Shown: positions 9,345-18,827, counted from the first letter of the stretch. The stretch is 64,000 nt of DNA from Deferribacterales bacterium (GCA_050251875.1 JBFWMA010000008.1:32001-96000); one strand, 5' to 3'. A program made the numbers and translations. The notes: generated by a model not told the origin, from the letters alone.

Positions 9345-10311
9345 CTGCAAGCAGGCTCGCAATGACACCACCTTCCTGTCATAGCGAGGAGCAGAGCAAC
9401 GAAGCTATCTCATCCATACAGCACACCGTCACACTCAGCTTAACCTAATGAGATTGCCACGCCTGAAAGCAGGCTCGCAATGACACCCCCTTCCCGTCAT
9501 AGCGAGGAGCGGAGCAACGAAGCTATCTCATCCATACAGCACACCGACACACTCTGCCTAACCTAATTAGATTGCCACGCCTGAAAGCAGGCTCGCAATG
9601 ACACCCCCTTTTCGTCATAGCGAGGAGCAGAGCAACGAAGCTATCTCATCCATACAGCACACCGTCACACTCAGCTTAACCTGATGAGATTGCCACGCCT
9701 GCAAGCAGGCTCGCAATGACACCCCCTTACCGTCATAGCGAGAAACGAAGTGACGAAGCTATCTCATCCATACAGCACACCGATACACTCTGCCTAACCG
9801 AATGAGATTGCCACGCCTGAAAGCAGGCTCGCAATGACACCCCCTTTTCGTCATAGCGAGAAACGAAGTGACGAAGCTATCTCATCCATACAGCACACCG
9901 ACACACTCTGCCTAACCTAATGAGATTGCCACGCCTGAAAGCAGGCTCGCAATGACACCCCCTTACCGTCATAGCGAGAAACAAAGTGACGAAGCTATCT
10001 CATAAACACAGCACACTGCCACACTCGGCTTAACCAAATGAGATTGCCACGCCTGCAAGCAGGCTAGCAATGACACCCCACTTCCCGTCATAGCGAGAAA
10101 CGAAGTGACGAAGCTATCTCATCCATACAGCACACTGCCACACCCAGCTTAACCTAATGAGATTGCCACGCCTGCAAGCAGGCTCGCAATGACACCCCCT
10201 TTTCGTCATAGCTAGAAACGAAGTGACGAAGCTATCTCATCTATACAGCACACTTACACACACTGCTTAACCTAATGAGATTGCCACGCCTGAAGGCAGG
10301 CTCGCAATGAC
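9345..10311. repeat. Tandem array of eight 118-119-bp palindromic (REP/RPE-like) units plus a 5' partial unit
   Basis: GTCATAGC unit starts at 9378, 9496, 9614, 9732, 9850, 9968, 10087 and 10205. Each unit reads GTCATAGCGAG...GCTATCTCA...TGAGATTGCCACGCCTGnAAGCAGGCTCGCAATGAC with few substitutions. No ORF spans it. Confidence 0.95.
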
Positions 10312-10386
10312 GTCCTATCGCCGTAACCGCTATTCCATCCCCTTTTCCTCTTGAATAACCGTCTGCGCAGGTCTACAATACCTATT

Positions 10387-11115
10387 ATGCTTGATTACTT
10401 TAACCGCTATAAACGTCAGATGATGATGAAAGGCTTCGGCAGAGAGAAGCAGGAGATACTGAAAAACTCCTCCGCCTTCGTGGGCGGCATAGGCGGGCTG
10501 GGCGGCGCCACGGCAGCGTATCTGGCCTCCGCCGGAATCGGTCGTCTGGTGATATCCCACTACGGCAATCTCACCGAAACCAATATGAACCGTCAGCTAC
10601 TGATGGACATAAACCGCATAGGCGAGCCCCGCATAGACATAGCGAGAGAAAATCTGCTGAAGATCAACCCTGACATGAAGCTGGAGATGCACAACGTCAG
10701 GCTGGATGATAAGACGGCTTACGATCTGATAAAAGACTGCGGAGTCGCTATATCCGCCCGCCCTAACTTTCCGGAGCGTCTGGCGATGAACGCCGCATGT
10801 GTCCGTCTGGGCGTGCCTATGATAGAGGCGGCGATGGACGACATGTCCGGCTACTATTTCAATATTTTTCCCCGCGAGACCCCCTGCCTCAGATGTCTGA
10901 TGTCTGAGAACAAAGAATGGCAGGAGTTGGGTTTCGGCGTTCTGGGCGCGGTCTCCGGCACAATAGGCTCACTGGCGGCTGTGGAGGCTGTGAAGATACT
11001 GACAGATTTCGGAAAACCTCTGAAAAACAAAATGATGCACATCGATTTTTCCACCATGCGAACCATCCTGATCACTCTGAAAAAAGACCCTGCCTGCCCT
11101 GTCTGCTCGATCTGA
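10387..11115 (+). CDS. HesA/MoeB/ThiF family adenylyltransferase (HesA-like)
   Basis: RYKRQMM, GIGGLGG, NMNRQ, PCLRC and CPVC motifs. EAAMD and GFGVLGAVSG segments resemble HesA. Confidence 0.85.
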   Translation: MLDYFNRYKRQMMMKGFGREKQEILKNSSAFVGGIGGLGGATAAYLASAGIGRLVISHYGNLTETNMNRQLLMDINRIGEPRIDIARENLLKINPDMKLEMHNVRLDDKTAYDLIKDCGVAISARPNFPERLAMNAACVRLGVPMIEAAMDDMSGYYFNIFPRETPCLRCLMSENKEWQELGFGVLGAVSGTIGSLAAVEAVKILTDFGKPLKNKMMHIDFSTMRTILITLKKDPACPVCSI

Positions 11116-11181
11116 CAAAAGTTCTGTTGTAAAATCATCAATATACTTTATCCTTGTATAAGAACACTCCGGAGGTCTTAT

Positions 11182-12591
11182 GTGAGAAGAACGAAAATAG
11201 TCGCCACAATCGGTCCATCGTCATCGGACAGAGAGACTCTCTCTGCTCTCATAGATTCGGGGCTCAATGTAGCCCGCCTCAACTTTTCTCACGGAACCCA
11301 CGAAAGCCACGGACAGATGATAGACTCCATCAGAGATCTGTCACAGAAAAAGAATAAGCCTGTCACAATCTTACAGGACTTATGCGGTCCGAAGATACGT
11401 CTGGGTATTCTGCCGCCGGAGGGAATAGAACTGCACACCGGAGAAACCTGTGTTCTCGCCTCCGAGGAGGACGCAGTGGACGGTGTTCTGCCTGTGCAAT
11501 ACCCCAACCTCGCCGAAGACCTGAAAATATCCGACAGAATCCTGCTGGCAGACGGCGCAATGGAGCTGGCGGTGGAAGCCATAGAGGGCAGAAACGTAAC
11601 CTGCCGTATACTGAACGGCGGCACGGCATACACCAAAAAGGGCGTGAACATGCCCTCCACAGACCTCAGCATAGTCGCCTTCACCGACAAGGACAGAGAC
11701 GACCTGATGTTCGGTCTGGAAAAAGGCGTGGACGCTGTGGCGCTCTCTTTTGTCCGGGGCGCTTCAGACCTGGTGAAGATACGCTCGATAATATCCAAAT
11801 CCGCCAACAAGCCCCTGCTGATAGCAAAAATAGAAAAACCGCAAGCTGTCAACAATATAGACGAAATACTCCCCATGGTGGATGGAATCATGGTAGCCAG
11901 AGGCGATCTGGGCGTGGAGATGCCGCTCTATGATGTGCCGATCATACAGAAACTGATAATCAAAAAAGCCCGGAAAATGGGCAAAATAATAATAACCGCC
12001 ACTCAGATGCTGAAAAGCATGGTAAACAACGTGCGCCCCACAAGGGCGGAATGCGCAGACGTGGCAAACGCCATGTTTGACGGCACCTGCGCCGTGATGC
12101 TGTCCGAGGAGACGGCTTCGGGAGAGTTTCCCGTGGAGGCTGTGCAGGTGATGGACAAGCTGGCTCTCGCCACAGAAGGACACATCAGCTATGAGATGGG
12201 TGTCAGGAGCGAGGAACACACCACGGACAAGAGCGTTTCGTGGGCGGTGGGACGCTCGGCGAGCTGGCTGGCGAGAGATCTGGAGGCGAAGGCGATAGTG
12301 GCGTATACCGAATCAGGTTTCACCGTATCCAGCGTTGCCCGGTTCCGCCCGCAATGCCCCATAATCGGTCTGACGCCTAACATCGGCACATTCAGAAAAC
12401 TCAGCATGTTCTGGGGTGTTGTTCCCGGACACTGCACAGGGTTCGCCGACATAGACGACCTCTTCGCCAATGCCGCTGAAGCCGCCGTGGCTATGGGGCT
12501 GGCTAAACAGGGCGACAGGATAATCATAACTGCCGGAACGCCTCTGGGCACCAGAGGATCGACTAATATCATCAAAGTATACGAGATATAG
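11182..12591 (+). CDS. pyk: Pyruvate kinase
   Basis: RRTKIVATIGP, RLNFSHG, AKIEK, IMVARGDLGVE and ATQML motifs. Confidence 0.97.
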   Translation: MRRTKIVATIGPSSSDRETLSALIDSGLNVARLNFSHGTHESHGQMIDSIRDLSQKKNKPVTILQDLCGPKIRLGILPPEGIELHTGETCVLASEEDAVDGVLPVQYPNLAEDLKISDRILLADGAMELAVEAIEGRNVTCRILNGGTAYTKKGVNMPSTDLSIVAFTDKDRDDLMFGLEKGVDAVALSFVRGASDLVKIRSIISKSANKPLLIAKIEKPQAVNNIDEILPMVDGIMVARGDLGVEMPLYDVPIIQKLIIKKARKMGKIIITATQMLKSMVNNVRPTRAECADVANAMFDGTCAVMLSEETASGEFPVEAVQVMDKLALATEGHISYEMGVRSEEHTTDKSVSWAVGRSASWLARDLEAKAIVAYTESGFTVSSVARFRPQCPIIGLTPNIGTFRKLSMFWGVVPGHCTGFADIDDLFANAAEAAVAMGLAKQGDRIIITAGTPLGTRGSTNIIKVYEI

Positions 12592-12599
12592 GGGGAGAG

Positions 12600-13013
12600 A
12601 TGGACGGACTGCACGAAGCGACCGGATCGTTGGCTGTGTGGCTGATGATCGCCGTGTCTGTTCTTGGACTGGCTCTGTTTAAGTTTAAATACGTCAGAAA
12701 CAGAGTAAATGTGAAAAGACAGCAGATTCACACATTTCACAAATACGCCGCTCTGGCGCTGTCGCCTGTGCTGATTCTGCATATCCTCACCACCGACAAC
12801 ACAAACGTGATGCTCTACACCGGGGCTTTTCTGGTTTTCGCAGTGCTGTTCACCGGGCTTCTGTTCCGGGTCAGGGATATCAAGTCAAAGTTCTTTAATA
12901 AACTGGTATATGTGAAGGTCGCCGTGCTGGTGGTCTCCCTTGTCTTTCTGACTGTGGGACACGACACGGCGGAAAAGAACCGTCACAACATCATAAAAAC
13001 ACTTCAGGATTAA
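12600..13013 (+). CDS. Hypothetical four-TM membrane protein
   Basis: Four hydrophobic segments with several His; RBS GGGAG; followed by a terminator. Confidence 0.65.
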   Translation: MDGLHEATGSLAVWLMIAVSVLGLALFKFKYVRNRVNVKRQQIHTFHKYAALALSPVLILHILTTDNTNVMLYTGAFLVFAVLFTGLLFRVRDIKSKFFNKLVYVKVAVLVVSLVFLTVGHDTAEKNRHNIIKTLQD

Positions 13014-13040
13014 AAAAACCCCGCCTAAGCGGGGTTTTTT
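13013..13040. terminator. Bidirectional terminator
   Basis: A-run-CCCCGC-CTAA-GCGGGG-T6 between convergent genes. Confidence 0.85.
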
Positions 13041-13043
13041 ATG

Positions 13044-13382
13044 TTATTTAAGCTCCATCTGATAATTGTGACATTTATTGCAGTACAGCACCGAAGGCTC
13101 ATGAATCCTGTGGCACTCCGTGCAGTCCACCTCGCCCAGATGCGAATCGTGTGGGTTGATGGGGAGATCTTTGGTCGCCTCCGCCATACCCTCGAAACCG
13201 CCGTGGCAGTTCAGACACGCCTCAACATCCGCCGGCGAGTCCGGCGTCTCTGTCTGGTGACAATCCACACAGGCTATGGCGTTCTCCTTATGTTTTCCCC
13301 TCAGTTCCTGCGCCACAGCGGAAGATACAACTATCAGAATAATCAACATAACCGAAAAGATTATTGAATATCTGAGTTTCAT
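13044..13382 (-). CDS. Small tetraheme cytochrome c (flavocytochrome c heme subunit)
   Basis: Signal peptide; CVDCH, CLNCH, CTECH, CNKCH; NPHDSH motif. Confidence 0.92.
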   Translation of the reverse strand: MKLRYSIIFSVMLIILIVVSSAVAQELRGKHKENAIACVDCHQTETPDSPADVEACLNCHGGFEGMAEATKDLPINPHDSHLGEVDCTECHRIHEPSVLYCNKCHNYQMELK

Positions 13383-13387
13383 ATAGG

Positions 13388-14872
13388 CTAACCCTTCTCT
13401 GCTACCGCTTTTTTGGCTGCCAGTCTGCCGAATGTCAGACAGTCGGCAACGGCGTTTCCGCCCAGTCTGTTTGTTCCGTGGATACCTCCGGTCACCTCTC
13501 CGGCGGCGTACATGCGTTTAATCACTTTGCCTTCCAGGTCGATCACCTGTCCGTCAGTGTTGATGCGCAGACCGCCCATGGTGTGGTGGATGGCGGGCTG
13601 ACACGGAATAGCGTAAAACGGGGCTGTCAGAATCGGTATAGACACATCTTTTCTGTTGAAAACCGGGTCCTTGCCCTGTTTCACATATCCGTTGTACTCG
13701 TCCAGAGTCGCTTTCAGAACGCCGGCGTCCAGCTTGGCTTTGGCTGCCAGCTCTTCCAGAGTGTTCGCCTCATAAGCCAGACCCAGCTTGATATAGTCAG
13801 CTACCTTATTATCATAAGTCTCTTTACTGCCTATGAGTATGGCATATTTCTCCGGCTGTTCCAAAATGGCTGCGGAGACCACGTCTCTTCTGTCCAGATC
13901 CTGCACAAATCTTTTGGCGTTCACGTTAACCAGGATAAATCCTGTGCCACGCAGACCCTCTGTGATAAGGATATTTCCTTTGCCGCTTTCAGAGCGTGAG
14001 AGTGTGGGGTGAATCTGAATATAGTTGATGCCGGATGTGTCGGCTCCGCTCTCCATAGCGGCTATCATAGCCTCGCCCGTGGAGACGTCATCGAAGTTAG
14101 TTGTGGAATATCCCACCAGTGACGGGTCATATCTTTCCACCAGCTCTTTGCTGGAACCGAATCCGCCTGTGGCGATTATCACGGCTTTTTTCACTCTGAC
14201 GAATTTGATTTTGCCGTTCTGGTCTATTTTGAGCCCTTTCAGCTCTCTTGCGCCGTCTTTATCCATATCCACTACAAAGTCGAGCACTTTTGTTTTCTTT
14301 TTCAGCGGAATCTTGAGTTCCTTCACCTGATCGTACAACAGCTTAACGAGTCCGCCGCCGTATTCGTTGGAAACGGCGTGGGCTCTCTTCTTGCTGGCGC
14401 CGCCCAGAAAAACGACTTTAGGAAAAGGTGCTCCGAGAGATTTCAGCCATTCCACTGATTCTGTCACCTCATCGGTGAGCTTTTTCACCAGAACAGGGTC
14501 GTTTTTGTAGTCGCCGCCTTTCATGGTGTCTTTAAAGTGGATTTCGTGCGTATCGTCTTTGATTCCGAATTTATCGCGCTGAATAGTGGTTTCAGCGGCA
14601 TTGAGCCATGCTGTAGACAGTGAGGAGTTGCCTCCTATAAGACCTCTTTTTTCGAAGATGACAGGATTTCCGCCGTTCAGTTTAGCGTGGATAGCAGCAG
14701 TCAGACCCGCAAAACCTGTGCCGATAACCACTATATCCTGAGTGTCGTCCCATTTGATTTTTTCGCCGGGGCAAAGGATCTCAGCAGAAGCCGAAGAAGC
14801 TGAAAAAACGCCCGCGGTAACAGCGGAAGCCAGTGCTCCCTTCAAAAAATCACGTCTTTTAATGTCGCTCAT
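13388..14872 (-). CDS. Tat-exported flavocytochrome c flavoprotein subunit (periplasmic fumarate reductase-like)
   Basis: KRRDFLK Tat signal, GTGFAG FAD motif, QIHPT, TEGLRG, RRDVVS, HHTMGG, HGTNRLGGNA. Confidence 0.9.
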   Translation of the reverse strand: MSDIKRRDFLKGALASAVTAGVFSASSASAEILCPGEKIKWDDTQDIVVIGTGFAGLTAAIHAKLNGGNPVIFEKRGLIGGNSSLSTAWLNAAETTIQRDKFGIKDDTHEIHFKDTMKGGDYKNDPVLVKKLTDEVTESVEWLKSLGAPFPKVVFLGGASKKRAHAVSNEYGGGLVKLLYDQVKELKIPLKKKTKVLDFVVDMDKDGARELKGLKIDQNGKIKFVRVKKAVIIATGGFGSSKELVERYDPSLVGYSTTNFDDVSTGEAMIAAMESGADTSGINYIQIHPTLSRSESGKGNILITEGLRGTGFILVNVNAKRFVQDLDRRDVVSAAILEQPEKYAILIGSKETYDNKVADYIKLGLAYEANTLEELAAKAKLDAGVLKATLDEYNGYVKQGKDPVFNRKDVSIPILTAPFYAIPCQPAIHHTMGGLRINTDGQVIDLEGKVIKRMYAAGEVTGGIHGTNRLGGNAVADCLTFGRLAAKKAVAEKG

Positions 14873-14997
14873 CTTGATCCTCCTTATGTCACGGTCAAGT
14901 GACCATAATTAAGGATGCACCCTGAAAAGCTCCACGTCAATAAAACAGGAATATTGTATTTTCTTTAGATTCTGCTCATTTTGATCACGGGATCACA

Positions 14998-15690
14998 TCA
15001 CCGCAAGTCATTGCGGTAAAAGATTCTTTCCGGACGTCCCACTGTGCCGTAATCTATGTCGGCATAAAGATATCCGGAAGAGAGCAGATATTCCAGATAG
15101 CGTCTGGCGGTATTCCGGCTCGCCTTTATCATCGAGCCCATCTCTTCGGCGGAAAAACCCTTTCCGGCGTTTTCATCGAACACGGCGCATATCTTTCTCA
15201 GCGTTATGGGGTCTATGCCTTTCGGCACGTTAGACTCGTCCGCCGTTTCGTGTCTGGGGGAGTGTATTATCTGATCTATCGTCTGCTGTTCCACCACAGA
15301 ATGTCTGGACAGCTCGGTTCTGTATGAATAGAATTTTTCCAGCGACGACTTAAACCTGTCGAATATCACAGGCTTGACTATATAGTCGAAAGCGCCGCCT
15401 CTGAGCGCCTCCTGAAGCGTGTTCACGTCCTTGGACGCTGTGATGAGGATTATATCCACAGAGATGCCTTTTTTCCGCATATTCCACAGCAGATCCATCC
15501 CGCTGCCCTCCGGAAAGAACAGATCCAGAAGCACCAGCTCCGGCTCCAGAATCTCCACCATCTCCTCGCCGTCTTTCAGCGTGTTTGCGATGCCCACCAC
15601 CTCAAAACCGCTCACTTTTTCCGTGAAGCGCCTGTGGAGTTCGGATATTTTTATGTCATCCTCAACTATGACCGTTTTAATCGTTTTCAT
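14998..15690 (-). CDS. CitB/DcuR/DpiA family response regulator
   Basis: REC domain plus PKGIDPITL...SRNTARRYLEYL...YGTVGRP output domain. Confidence 0.9.
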   Translation of the reverse strand: MKTIKTVIVEDDIKISELHRRFTEKVSGFEVVGIANTLKDGEEMVEILEPELVLLDLFFPEGSGMDLLWNMRKKGISVDIILITASKDVNTLQEALRGGAFDYIVKPVIFDRFKSSLEKFYSYRTELSRHSVVEQQTIDQIIHSPRHETADESNVPKGIDPITLRKICAVFDENAGKGFSAEEMGSMIKASRNTARRYLEYLLSSGYLYADIDYGTVGRPERIFYRNDLR

Positions 15691-15691
15691 A

Positions 15692-17287
15692 TCATTGTCC
15701 TTTCGGTATGGATATTCGGAACATCACGCCGCCCAGCCTGCTTTTGGAAAATCCCACGGAGCCCTTGAGCTCTATCAGGGCTCTCTGCACCAGATAAAGC
15801 CCGATGCCCCTGCCCTCGCCCTTCGTGCTTATTCCTTTCTGAAAGATGTTCTCGGTCACAGCCATATCTATTCCGTGACCGGAATCCTCCACACGAAAGA
15901 CCAGATGGTCTCCGGAATCGCTCATGGACAGCTCCACCTGCTTCACAGCGCTGTCACGCACTGCGTCAAAGGCATTGTCCAGAATATTTCCCAGAATAGT
16001 TACCAGCTTTTTCCTGTCCATTTCCGCCGGAATATCCGCCATCCGGCTGTCTTTTGTTATGGAGAAATCTATCTTCAGCTCTCTCGCCCGGCTGTGTTTA
16101 CCCATTATCACGGCGGAAATCACCTGATCGGGCACGTTGGCGGTGACAAAGTTCATCATCTCCTGATGTATCTGGGTCTCGGACAATATCAGCTCCTGCG
16201 CCTCCTGATAAGCCTCCAGCTGGATCAGCCCGGCTATGGTGTGCAGTTTGTTGGAATATTCATGGGACTGCACCCTGAGCATGTCGGAGCACTCCCGCAC
16301 ACGGTTCAGCTCAGATGCCAGAATGTTCAGCTCGTCCTTCCTGCGGAATGTGATGACCGCTCCGTGGAGCCTGTCCATATATTTCACAGGCATGATATTA
16401 CACAGGACAGACAGCCCGTTGATGATGATCTCCGTGTCCTCCAGAGTCTCCTGAGATGCCAGAACCCTGTCCACATGGGCAGTCGGAAAAACATATCCCA
16501 CATCTTTTCCCGTTACGTCCTCCGTGATGTTCAGATTCCGCAGAGCCGTCTTGTTTATCATCCGTATCTCTTTCCGGTCGTTGATGGCTATCACCCCCGC
16601 CCGGATGCTGTCTATTATCGCTGTTCTCTCCAGATACAGGTCGGCTATCTGCGCCGGTTCCAGCCCCAGAGTTATCCTTTTTTGATATTCCGCTATCAGC
16701 AGGGCGGCGAAAAAACCCGTAACCAGCATCATCATAACAAATGTCAGAGGTCTCTTCTGGTGCTCCAGAATGACCGCTCTGATATTTGTGCTCAGATATC
16801 CCACGGCAACGAATCCGACTACCACGCCATCGCTGAAAACAGGTGTTATCCCTCTGACGGACGGTCCCAGTGTTCCCACGGCGGATGATATATATGATCT
16901 GCCCTCTTTCAGAGCTCCGTCAGTGTCGCCGCCCTGAAATTTCTTTCCGATGTTGTCGGTGTTCGGGTGGGAAAGACGTGTGCCGTTTCTGTCGGCGATC
17001 ACCACATACTGAGCGCCGACCTTCACACGGACAGCCTCCGCCATCTCCTGAATGTGTCCTTCTTTATCTCCGTTCACCAGAGCGTCTTTCACCACAGGAA
17101 ACTCGGCTATGGTCTCTGATATGCTCAGAGCTTTCTCGCCGATGTAATCCCGTGTAAAATCCGCCACCAGACCGGAAAAAATAATCCCGCTGATGACAAG
17201 CTGAACCAGCACCACCAGCGAGACCATTATAAGCATCTGAGTTTTTATCGGTTTATCGGAGAAAAAGGATTTCATTTGTTCCCGCAT
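15692..17287 (-). CDS. CitA/DcuS family sensor histidine kinase
   Basis: Periplasmic RLSHPN...GTLGPSVRG carboxylate-sensor motif, PAS, HEYSNKLH H-box. Confidence 0.92.
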   Translation of the reverse strand: MREQMKSFFSDKPIKTQMLIMVSLVVLVQLVISGIIFSGLVADFTRDYIGEKALSISETIAEFPVVKDALVNGDKEGHIQEMAEAVRVKVGAQYVVIADRNGTRLSHPNTDNIGKKFQGGDTDGALKEGRSYISSAVGTLGPSVRGITPVFSDGVVVGFVAVGYLSTNIRAVILEHQKRPLTFVMMMLVTGFFAALLIAEYQKRITLGLEPAQIADLYLERTAIIDSIRAGVIAINDRKEIRMINKTALRNLNITEDVTGKDVGYVFPTAHVDRVLASQETLEDTEIIINGLSVLCNIMPVKYMDRLHGAVITFRRKDELNILASELNRVRECSDMLRVQSHEYSNKLHTIAGLIQLEAYQEAQELILSETQIHQEMMNFVTANVPDQVISAVIMGKHSRARELKIDFSITKDSRMADIPAEMDRKKLVTILGNILDNAFDAVRDSAVKQVELSMSDSGDHLVFRVEDSGHGIDMAVTENIFQKGISTKGEGRGIGLYLVQRALIELKGSVGFSKSRLGGVMFRISIPKGQ

Positions 17288-17392
17288 AGTTTGTATTTCT
17301 CCTAATCTTAACCCTTGTCACTGATATTTCAATATAAATACAGGAGCGCCGTCTTCCCTCTTCCCCTGACAGCGCCCCGTATCATATATCCG

Positions 17393-18712
17393 TCAGACTA
17401 TGAACAGAGCCAGAGCGTATCCGACACAGCATGCTGTGATGACCCCGATAAGACCGGGAAACATGAAGCTGTGGTTGAAATAGTATTTTCCTATTTTGGT
17501 TGTTCCTGTTACGTCAAATGTACAGGTGGCGATATCTGACGGATAGTTCGGTATAAAGAAATATCCGTAACTGGAGGGCAGTATGGCTATCAGGATAGCG
17601 GGGGACAGCCCCAGCCCCAGACCCACGGGGAGCATCATCTTACATGTTGCCGCCTGAGAGTTGATAACCACGGACACGATGAACATAGCCAGGGCGAATG
17701 TCCAGGGGTTGTCCTGTACCATGCCTGTTATGGCTACTTTGAAAACGGGCATAGCGTGCTGAAAATATGTGTCGCTCATCCATGCTATACCGAAGATGGC
17801 TATACAGGCTACCATACCTGATTTAAACACCACGCCTTCGGGTACTTTCGCGGGTTTTGTTTTTGTCAGAACCAGTATCAGACCGCCGAATGCGAGCATC
17901 ATCATCTGGATGAGTGTCGCCATGTCCACAGGTTTCGGCATATCAGAGAGTTTTCTCAGTGCCGGGAACATGCCCAGTATCACGATGATAACCAGAGACA
18001 GCAGGAAGAGATATACAGCGTGTTTCGCTGATTCGGGCAGAACCTCGTTCAGGGTTGTGGCTGTGGTGTTCTCTATCCTCTCACGCCAGATGGGGTCTTC
18101 CATACGTTTCTGGAATTCCGGATCGTCCTGAAGCTCTTTGCCTCTTCTGGCGCTGTAGATTGACATGGCTATCACGCCTACGAATGTGGCGGGGATTGTC
18201 ACGCCGATGATGGACATGAGGCTCACGCCGAAACCGGACATCTCAGACAGATAGTAAACGACAGCGGCTGAGATGGGGCTGGCTGTGATGCCCAGCTGTG
18301 AAGCCACTGACGCCGCCGCCATGGGGCGCTCGGGGCGTATGTTGTTTTTCAGCGCCACGTCGCCGATGATGGGCATGATGGTGTAGACAGCGTGTCCTGT
18401 TCCCAGCATCACTGTCATGATGTATGTAACCATCGGTCCGATGAATGTGACCCTCTTGGGGTTCGACCTCAGTATGCGCTCAGCTATCTGAAGCATATAT
18501 TTCAGACCGCCCGCTGCCTCCAGTATAGAGGCGCAGGTAACCACTGCCAGAATGATAAGCATTACTGTGACGGGGGGCGATGTGGGAACCATTCTGAAGA
18601 CAAAAACTTCTATCAGAAGTCCTATGCCTGATACCACGCCAAGACCTATACCGCCGAAACGGCTGCCGAGGTAGAGCATCAGAAGCAGAAATAAGAATTC
18701 TAAGTATAACAT
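17393..18712 (-). CDS. dcuB: Anaerobic C4-dicarboxylate transporter, DcuA/DcuB family (DcuB-like)
   Basis: GTGHAVY, NNIRPERPMAA and GTTKIGKYYFNHSF motifs. ATG 18712 with GGAGG RBS. Confidence 0.88.
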   Translation of the reverse strand: MLYLEFLFLLLMLYLGSRFGGIGLGVVSGIGLLIEVFVFRMVPTSPPVTVMLIILAVVTCASILEAAGGLKYMLQIAERILRSNPKRVTFIGPMVTYIMTVMLGTGHAVYTIMPIIGDVALKNNIRPERPMAAASVASQLGITASPISAAVVYYLSEMSGFGVSLMSIIGVTIPATFVGVIAMSIYSARRGKELQDDPEFQKRMEDPIWRERIENTTATTLNEVLPESAKHAVYLFLLSLVIIVILGMFPALRKLSDMPKPVDMATLIQMMMLAFGGLILVLTKTKPAKVPEGVVFKSGMVACIAIFGIAWMSDTYFQHAMPVFKVAITGMVQDNPWTFALAMFIVSVVINSQAATCKMMLPVGLGLGLSPAILIAILPSSYGYFFIPNYPSDIATCTFDVTGTTKIGKYYFNHSFMFPGLIGVITACCVGYALALFIV

Positions 18713-18827
18713 GGTGTACCTCCTGTTTATGCGTTTGCATAAACCTAAGATACCACCTGCCATATATTCGTAAAGTATTCGGAATAAATGCTTTTTTACT
18801 AGATAAAAAACTTTTTGATCATATTGC

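Noticed and set aside
9199..9345. tRNA-anchored genomic island or prophage
   Set aside because: No integrase, no duplicated tRNA 3' end noticed, and downstream genes are ordinary metabolic genes.
9134..9448. Short ORFs overlapping the tRNA and array start
   Set aside because: They overlap a tRNA, its terminator and repeat DNA, with no protein features.
9345..10311. CRISPR array interpretation of the tandem repeat
   Set aside because: The variable segments are near-identical homologues rather than unique spacers, the conserved part exceeds 70 bp, and no cas genes are present.
15419..16888. 489-aa plus-strand ORF
   Set aside because: Antisense shadow of the CitA/CitB-type genes with no recognisable motifs.
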